DNA from: Escherichia phage vB_EcoP_WFI101126
Reading direction: 5' to 3' (one strand)
Length of the DNA: 64,000 nucleotides
Sequence record: NC_070991.1
The position numbers and the translations under genes were made by a program. Below the pieces are notes generated by a model. That model did not search any database. It was not told the origin of the DNA and worked only from the letters and a program-made list of their open reading frames with translations. This document shows, in pieces, positions 58,203 to 64,000 of this stretch; positions within the stretch are counted from its first letter, which is position 1; the number at the start of each line of letters is the position of its first letter.

Positions 58203-59111
58203 TTATGCCGCCTGACGTGCCGCCATAATCTCAGCCGCTTTACGCAACACTTCTTCCTCTTCTTCTTTCGCAGCTTGTTCGGTACGGGTAGCAACCGTTG
58301 AAGAGATACGACCGCGCAGTCCTTCTAACTTCTCCTGCATAGCTGCGATGGTCTTTTCCATTTCATCAGCGTATGAATCGAGGGATTCTAATTCCTTGCT
58401 TGATGCGTTCATCAGATAATCGTCAGAGATCGCTACCGTCGAGGCCGTTACTTTCTTGATGAGCGAGTCAAAGGATTTTTTAACCTTGCCGACTTCTTCA
58501 CTTAAGGCGATAGTGTTATCGCTAGTAGCGCCGTTGCGCTCATCAGCCAGCAATTTGGCTTCGATACGGATTGCATTCAAGCGTTCAACTAAAGCGTAAA
58601 TATCCTGATTAAAATCTTCCTTGTTTTTCGCCGGTATTTGCAGGTGTGCCGCCACGTTGTCATTGCAACCTTTGTAGAAGTTAGGATTATCCACTTCAAT
58701 TGCACGACCTAAAGCAAAGTTTTCAAAAGCGTTTGACCAACGGGCGCGGTTTTGTTCCATTTTGGCCTTAATTTGCGCTTCTTTCGCGTCTTCTTTAGCT
58801 TTCGCCTCACCTTCCAGATTAATCCACTTTTTACGACCGTTCGCCGCATCAGTGTTAAACTTGATAGGAGTTAAGAAAGTAATTGCAGTGGCAATAACAT
58901 CCATATCACGGAAACGTTCAGTTAACAAGAAGTCAACCGCCGCCTGCAATACGTCCAGCTTCTTACCATTACTGCGGAAGTGCTGTAAGTGTCCTAACAG
59001 GAAGTTAGAAACATCTTGTTTGATCGCCGCGTTATTACTGCGAATGTTGTTAGCCAGAGCATTAAAACCGGATTCGTTAACCAGAGTAAAGATTTTAGCC
59101 ATGATATTCAC
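58203..59111 (-). CDS. early protein with coiled-coil C-terminus, function unknown
   Basis: First ORF downstream of the long promoter-rich leader. Confidence 0.4.
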   Translation of the reverse strand: MNIMAKIFTLVNESGFNALANNIRSNNAAIKQDVSNFLLGHLQHFRSNGKKLDVLQAAVDFLLTERFRDMDVIATAITFLTPIKFNTDAANGRKKWINLEGEAKAKEDAKEAQIKAKMEQNRARWSNAFENFALGRAIEVDNPNFYKGCNDNVAAHLQIPAKNKEDFNQDIYALVERLNAIRIEAKLLADERNGATSDNTIALSEEVGKVKKSFDSLIKKVTASTVAISDDYLMNASSKELESLDSYADEMEKTIAAMQEKLEGLRGRISSTVATRTEQAAKEEEEEVLRKAAEIMAARQAA

Positions 59112-60022
59112 CTTTCAATTGTAAGGGCGCTATTGCCCCGCTCTCTATGAGCTTGTTTAAGTCACTATTAACTTAACTATAACCACTCGTTGTTAAGTGG
59201 TTATAGGTAAGCGGGGCGGTCTTATCAGGAGTTAACCTTGCCGCCCCTTATCCGTGATGTTTCATCTGGTATCTTTAATTAGTCGCTATAAACGAAGCCG
59301 ACCTGATAGCGATGATCAATCATCACAATAAGGCTATGCGTCCGACTCTATTTAATTACATTACTGTAACCGTCGGCAATATCGTCCACTTTGTTTTCGC
59401 TCCCGCTTATCCTTTTATATCAGCTCTCTATCGCTAGTCATCGCCCACTACGGGATACTATTGCGAAAGAGTCACTAACCGCCTATTATTCCGGCGTTTT
59501 ATATCTTTCAGCAGGTTTACTACATAACCCGACTATGTACTTTCATCTTATAATGAATCTCAAGCCGTTCACATCGTAAACGTTCGCATTAAACCTTATT
59601 GTTAAATAGCAATTTGCCACTTTTTAACCACTCACCGCCGCTCTCAATTGAGCGTTATTTCTTCGGGCTTGCCTACCCTGATTAACTTCTTTCACCGTAG
59701 CACCTTGTTAGCGATGACCGCCGCTACCCTTAACCGTGGGCGATTAGCTTAAGTCTTTGCGTATACTCGATGAATCCGTTTATCAGTGGTGACGTTTCCA
59801 GCAAGGGATTGTAAGGCTGTTTTCTCTGATAGTTTAGAGAGTCTTACATCGTTTTGTCTGGTATGTTATCCGATGGTTATTATCATCTAACATATTCAAC
59901 CGATATAGGAGAATGTTTAAATTATTAAAGAGCGGTAAATCTATCAGTGTGCTTTCTCACACTATGCAACTGTTAGCCGTTGTTACGCTTTCCTTAAGCG
60001 GTGATTTGCTTAAGTGATGCTC

Positions 60023-60051
60023 ATTATGAATCATGTTGTTTTCGCTGTCAA
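60023..60051 (-). promoter_or_regulatory. sigma70-type early promoter P1 (TTGACA-17-CATAAT)
   Basis: Perfect -35 hexamer, 17-nt spacer, 5/6 -10. Confidence 0.5.
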
Positions 60052-60654
60052 CCGCTTTTTAATCTTTTTCGTCGTTCCCGCTATTGGGAGGATATATCAA
60101 TCAGCTTTATTTGATTGAAGATTAAGCGGTGATGCTTAACTTATGATTCATATTGTTAAAGAGCGTTAGCCTTTTAGAGTGTCTGCTAATCACTGTCACA
60201 TTTAAGGCTTACTTATTCATTAACGGGCCGCCTACACCCGAACTACTCGCTGCACTATGTGCCACCTTTCCCGCGATACGTTGATTTGGGAACTAGTTAG
60301 CGATGTTTTGCTAACTTGTGGTTAGTATGGACTACTTTAACCACGTTTGCAAGCTCTTTTTATCATCTTCTTTTAATTCCTTTCCCTTATCTCGCGTGAA
60401 TCTTTGCGAAAGGGCAAGATGATAAGTCTGATTTGTCTTTTAGGAATCTAGTGCGCTTTCAAGCATTAATCTTTTGAAAGTATCGAACAAATAAGGCTTA
60501 TTGATATTGCTTATTGTCCGCCTGCGTCACGTATGAATCAGGAATCAATTCTACCGATTAACTGAGCGCCTTATAGTAATGACGTCGCCGCCACCCGTAA
60601 GACAAATCATATTTTTAAAGAGCGGGATATTTCACGTCATCGCTGACTATGCTC

Positions 60655-60683
60655 ACTATATATCAGGCTTTTTCCGGTGTCAA
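60655..60683 (-). promoter_or_regulatory. sigma70-type early promoter P2 (TTGACA-17-TATAGT)
   Basis: Perfect -35, 17-nt spacer, 5/6 -10. Confidence 0.55.
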
Positions 60684-60858
60684 TACTCTTTTTAAGAATA
60701 TTTTCACTTTCTAGCCTGATTTTTAAAGAGCGTAGCACTTTCATTGTGCGTCTTACTGTCGGTATTCCTACCGCTCCCCGTTGAAGCCTTTTACCGTGAT
60801 GCTAATCACCTATCGAGGAGTTTTTACTACTTGTTACTTACTGCTTACTACGGGATTC

Positions 60859-60886
60859 ATATTACTATACAGGAAAACCCTGTCAA
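60859..60886 (-). promoter_or_regulatory. sigma70-type early promoter P3 (TTGACA-16-TAATAT)
   Basis: Perfect -35; spacer resembles P4. Confidence 0.45.
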
Positions 60887-61084
60887 TACCCTTTTTTCAA
60901 ATTATTTTATATCTTACTGTTTTATAAAGGAATTTATTTTAGGGAGGATAGGAACTACAAAGAAATCAGGGGATAGAGGAACGGGCGCGCGTGATACATC
61001 ATAGGAAACGGCTTGTAAAGCAATAATAAGCGGCCTATAACGCATCACAACGAGCTAAAAGGGAGTAAGGCATACAATCACCCT

Positions 61085-61114
61085 ATAAAATAGAAAAGCC
61101 TCGCATAGAGGCTT
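61085..61114 (-). terminator. intrinsic terminator
   Basis: AAGCCTC-gcata-GAGGCTT hairpin plus T-rich tract on - strand. Confidence 0.5.
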
Positions 61115-61189
61115 ATAGGAAGGATTAGAGAATCAGATAGATTATGACCATAGGCATGACTACGGCACAATAAAGAAGGAAGACTAATC

Positions 61190-61555
61190 CTATGGATTTA
61201 AGCATTGACCGTTACCGGATTCAATTTCATTCATGGACTCATCAAAGAGTGTCAACGATGAGCGCATCAAGTGATCTATCGTAATTTGTTTACCGGTATT
61301 TTCGTTTACCAGTAGAATAATTTTACTATCTGATTGCACATGATCGAAATCATTTACATGCAAAATAATAACTTTAGGTGACTTTTTACCAGTCGAATAA
61401 TTTTCGATCAAATAGGTGCACTGTAAACCGTCAACCGTAGCAGGGGAGAATGTTGCAGCTTTAACGCTACCCATAGATGACAGCAGGACACCTAACAGGA
61501 GAACAACCAGAAAGAAGCCTACAAATACTTTCACTACAAATTTGATAATACCCAT
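61190..61555 (-). CDS. secreted/membrane early protein
   Basis: Hydrophobic signal-like N-terminus. Confidence 0.4.
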   Translation of the reverse strand: MGIIKFVVKVFVGFFLVVLLLGVLLSSMGSVKAATFSPATVDGLQCTYLIENYSTGKKSPKVIILHVNDFDHVQSDSKIILLVNENTGKQITIDHLMRSSLTLFDESMNEIESGNGQCLNP

Positions 61556-61647
61556 AATGATAAACCTTTAGTTAGAGAATATAAGAATAGAGCATATCAG
61601 CGATGAATAACGCCACGGTAACAACGAACAAGCAACGCCAAAAATAA

Positions 61648-61950
61648 TCATTCTTCTTCATTGCTATCCTCGCCAAAAAATGCTACGCTAATCTGTTCCA
61701 CTTCTTCCAGCGACAACAAAATCCCACGTTGGGCTAAATACTTCCCAACGGTTATATAATCTTGCACCAAACAAACAACGGGAAAGCGGATAGTTTGAAT
61801 CTCACCCTTAGAAAGAAAAGACAAATAACCAGCGTCGACTGATTCATCAAAGGATAACGTAACGCCACCGTAATTATGCGTATCAATTAACGCAATAGTT
61901 TCATTCCCCATAACGTTTCCAATCCTTATTGTATTTGAGAATAGACACAT
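61648..61950 (-). CDS. hypothetical early protein
   Basis: ORF track. Confidence 0.3.
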   Translation of the reverse strand: MCLFSNTIRIGNVMGNETIALIDTHNYGGVTLSFDESVDAGYLSFLSKGEIQTIRFPVVCLVQDYITVGKYLAQRGILLSLEEVEQISVAFFGEDSNEEE

Positions 61951-62122
61951 ACTCAGGGCCGGACAAAGTGCCGCCTAAGTAAGTAACCGTCATTCGTGCG
62001 CTAAACTCTGAAAGGTTGCACAATACGGAAAGGGGTACTCGACTATCACCGCGACTACTTGCAACTAACACAACATTATCAAAGATAGTCACGCTATCGT
62101 TAACAATAACGCCATTAACCAT
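61901..62122 (-). CDS. hypothetical early protein
   Basis: ORF track. Confidence 0.3.
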   Translation of the reverse strand: MVNGVIVNDSVTIFDNVVLVASSRGDSRVPLSVLCNLSEFSARMTVTYLGGTLSGPEYVSILKYNKDWKRYGE

Positions 62123-62366
62123 GTATTAATCCCTCACTTAACAGGTTAGCCAGTGACAAATCACCGTCAATATAGATTGACTTGAAATCATCGCGGTTAA
62201 TATCAATACGCACCAATTGAAGCCATTTTTTGGCCTCATTAAAGCTCATGGAACAAAAAGCAACAACGGGAACTATAATCTGACCATCGCGCATATTAAA
62301 CTCGATAGATTGCCCACCAACAAAACAAGAAAAACCATTAGATAATCTGACTTCTTTGATAGCCAT
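62115..62366 (-). CDS. hypothetical early protein
   Basis: ORF track. Confidence 0.3.
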   Translation of the reverse strand: MAIKEVRLSNGFSCFVGGQSIEFNMRDGQIIVPVVAFCSMSFNEAKKWLQLVRIDINRDDFKSIYIDGDLSLANLLSEGLIHG

Positions 62367-62390
62367 TTTTACACTCCCAAAATAGGTTAT

Positions 62391-63263
62391 TTACTTACTA
62401 GCCTTAATGCAGTTGGCTAAATTAACGTGAACGGTATAAACAGCGTTATCAGCGTTATTATAAACGGTAGTGGCGATCATCGACTCATTAACCGGACCAT
62501 AACTCACTAGATTGGTTACAGCTTTAACGTCTTCGTAACGTTGTACAGTGCCAAATGTAACCATATCCGAGTCACTATCGGTGCGCTTGAGAACTAGATC
62601 ATTGTTAGGCTGATTGTCTAACGTCTTAGACTGAAAGAGAACGCCATTATTAGTTACGTTGCTAAATTTCATTTTTAATACAATGGTACTTCCATCACTA
62701 TCAGCACCGTTACAAATCATCCAACCTTTATTGATGGAACTAGAGAAGACACTAGCCGCATCAGTTGCAGGAGCAGGACTAGCAACAGCCTTATCAGAAA
62801 GAGATGTGACCAGTGCACTAACACCGATAGCTGCAACCAGTGCATAACTAGCCAGATTGACAGACTTCATTATCTTACTCGCAACAGTAGGCTTGATTGG
62901 CTGTTTCTTAGTTTTCTTGTTCCATGCTTCAACCATGACAGACAAGCGGGATAATTCAGCTTTCACATCGCGGCACGACTCGGGCCAATCCTTCTGATTC
63001 CAGCTATCTAAATTTGCCTGAATATAACAATTGATAGCGTCCTGCATATCAGTAAAACCGTTTTCTTTGAACGTGCTTTCATCTTCACACTGTAAAGCGT
63101 TCGCAGTAGAGTTAATGATCAAGCAAGCCAACATTACAGAGTTTTTGAATCCTTTACGTGCGCTTTCGTTTTCCATCCACGCATCAGGACTACCAACGGA
63201 TAAGCCTAAAGAGGAAAGGCTTTCGTTTGCTTTGTTCAACTGGTTAATTGCAGCTTTTGACAT
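62391..63263 (-). CDS. early membrane-associated protein
   Basis: First gene after promoter P4; central TM helix. Confidence 0.4.
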   Translation of the reverse strand: MSKAAINQLNKANESLSSLGLSVGSPDAWMENESARKGFKNSVMLACLIINSTANALQCEDESTFKENGFTDMQDAINCYIQANLDSWNQKDWPESCRDVKAELSRLSVMVEAWNKKTKKQPIKPTVASKIMKSVNLASYALVAAIGVSALVTSLSDKAVASPAPATDAASVFSSSINKGWMICNGADSDGSTIVLKMKFSNVTNNGVLFQSKTLDNQPNNDLVLKRTDSDSDMVTFGTVQRYEDVKAVTNLVSYGPVNESMIATTVYNNADNAVYTVHVNLANCIKASK

Positions 63264-63308
63264 TTTGTTAATCCTTATGGTTGATGAAAACTACAAACTA
63301 CAATCGCA

Positions 63309-63336
63309 ACTATATAATAAAGGAAAAAGCTGTCAA
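63309..63336 (-). promoter_or_regulatory. sigma70-type early promoter P4 (TTGACA-16-TATAGT)
   Basis: Perfect -35, 16-nt spacer, 5/6 -10, about 40 nt upstream of ATG 63263. Confidence 0.55.
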
Positions 63337-64000
63337 CCATTTATTTTCTAACTTTCTTGCATCTTACTGAAAACTGAAGGAATTTAATTTACTAAACTTC
63401 CCATACTCAGAGAATCAGCTTACTGACTATTGTTACTTTATAACACTAATCCTACGGGTAGCAGACCAACATACCAGGACAAACGGGGATACAACAACCG
63501 CAGAACAGACCACGGGGAAACATAGCCAGATAGTGCGGTAATAATATACCACTTAAATAATTAGTTAACTATTAATAGCATTACTCAAACATCAAAGACG
63601 TTCGTACTTCGTACTCACAAAGGCACGCTGAAAAAGAAAAGAATAAACATCAATTATTAAAAGAAATATAATCATCCACTTAATTAATACATACATCATT
63701 ATTGCACTCATAATCATTACTATTGAAACTATTTACATTCAAACTATGGGGAGTGGTGGCTGTCATTAATGGCATTATTAGTCTGCTAATTAGTGCAGCA
63801 CAGTGCTAGCCGCTTCCCGCGTGTTTCCTAAAAAGGGGGAGTCCTCATTTAAAAAAGGGTTATTGGCAATGCCTTTACCTTCCTTTTCAACGTTCCACCT
63901 TTCCCCGTGCCTACTCCCCGTAATTATTTCCCCGTGTATACCATCCTATTCATTAGCTACCCGTTTATTTAGTTCCCCTTTAGAGAGTGAGAGAAAGGCT

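Noticed and set aside
59391-61004. Plus-strand ORFs 59391..59579 and 60744..61004
   Set aside because: No RBS, antisense to early transcription, and inside the promoter-rich leader; likely spurious.
59112-61189. Possible CRISPR array suggested by repeated TTAAAGAGCG and other short repeats
   Set aside because: Repeats are short, irregularly spaced (232, 458 and 108 bp apart) and not flanked by uniform spacers; no cas genes. Better explained as promoter/leader repeats.
63340-64000. Possible genome terminus or terminal repeat in the A-rich, ORF-free right end with CCCCGT repeats
   Set aside because: Cannot be decided from one linear window without the rest of the genome or read-end data; noted but not called.

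Overview
The window looks like most of a lytic, tailed coliphage genome in two convergent transcription blocks. This is read from sequence alone, with no searches run. Bases 1-15656 (+ strand) carry late genes: endolysin, tail fibres, an Ig-like (Big_2) virion protein, a lytic transglycosylase and large internal virion proteins, ending at a bidirectional terminator near 15.67 kb. Bases 15.8-63.3 kb (- strand) carry early and middle genes: DnaB-type primase-helicase, a family-A DNA polymerase with a separately encoded 3'-5' exonuclease, 5'-3' exonuclease, SSB, ThyX, dCTP deaminase, thioredoxin, PhoH, a Dps-like ferritin, a phage sigma factor, two HNH endonucleases, one tRNA-Arg(UCU) and many small ORFs. 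The sigma factor, a recurring TAATGTATA promoter motif and the gene content recall phiEco32-like podophages, but that identification is from memory and unverified. The most unusual content is a co-oriented operon (38.1-47.9 kb) encoding an ATP-grasp ligase, a class-II glutamine amidotransferase with no canonical start codon before its catalytic Cys, a GCS2/YbdK-like carboxylate-amine ligase and a gamma-glutamyl cyclotransferase-like protein, alongside four large unassigned ORFs. Also notable are a perfect 55-bp tandem duplication that frameshifts a virion protein gene, a 2-kb ORF-free early leader with consensus sigma70 promoters, conserved intergenic elements and multicopy small-protein families. 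No CRISPR array, integrase or transposase was seen.
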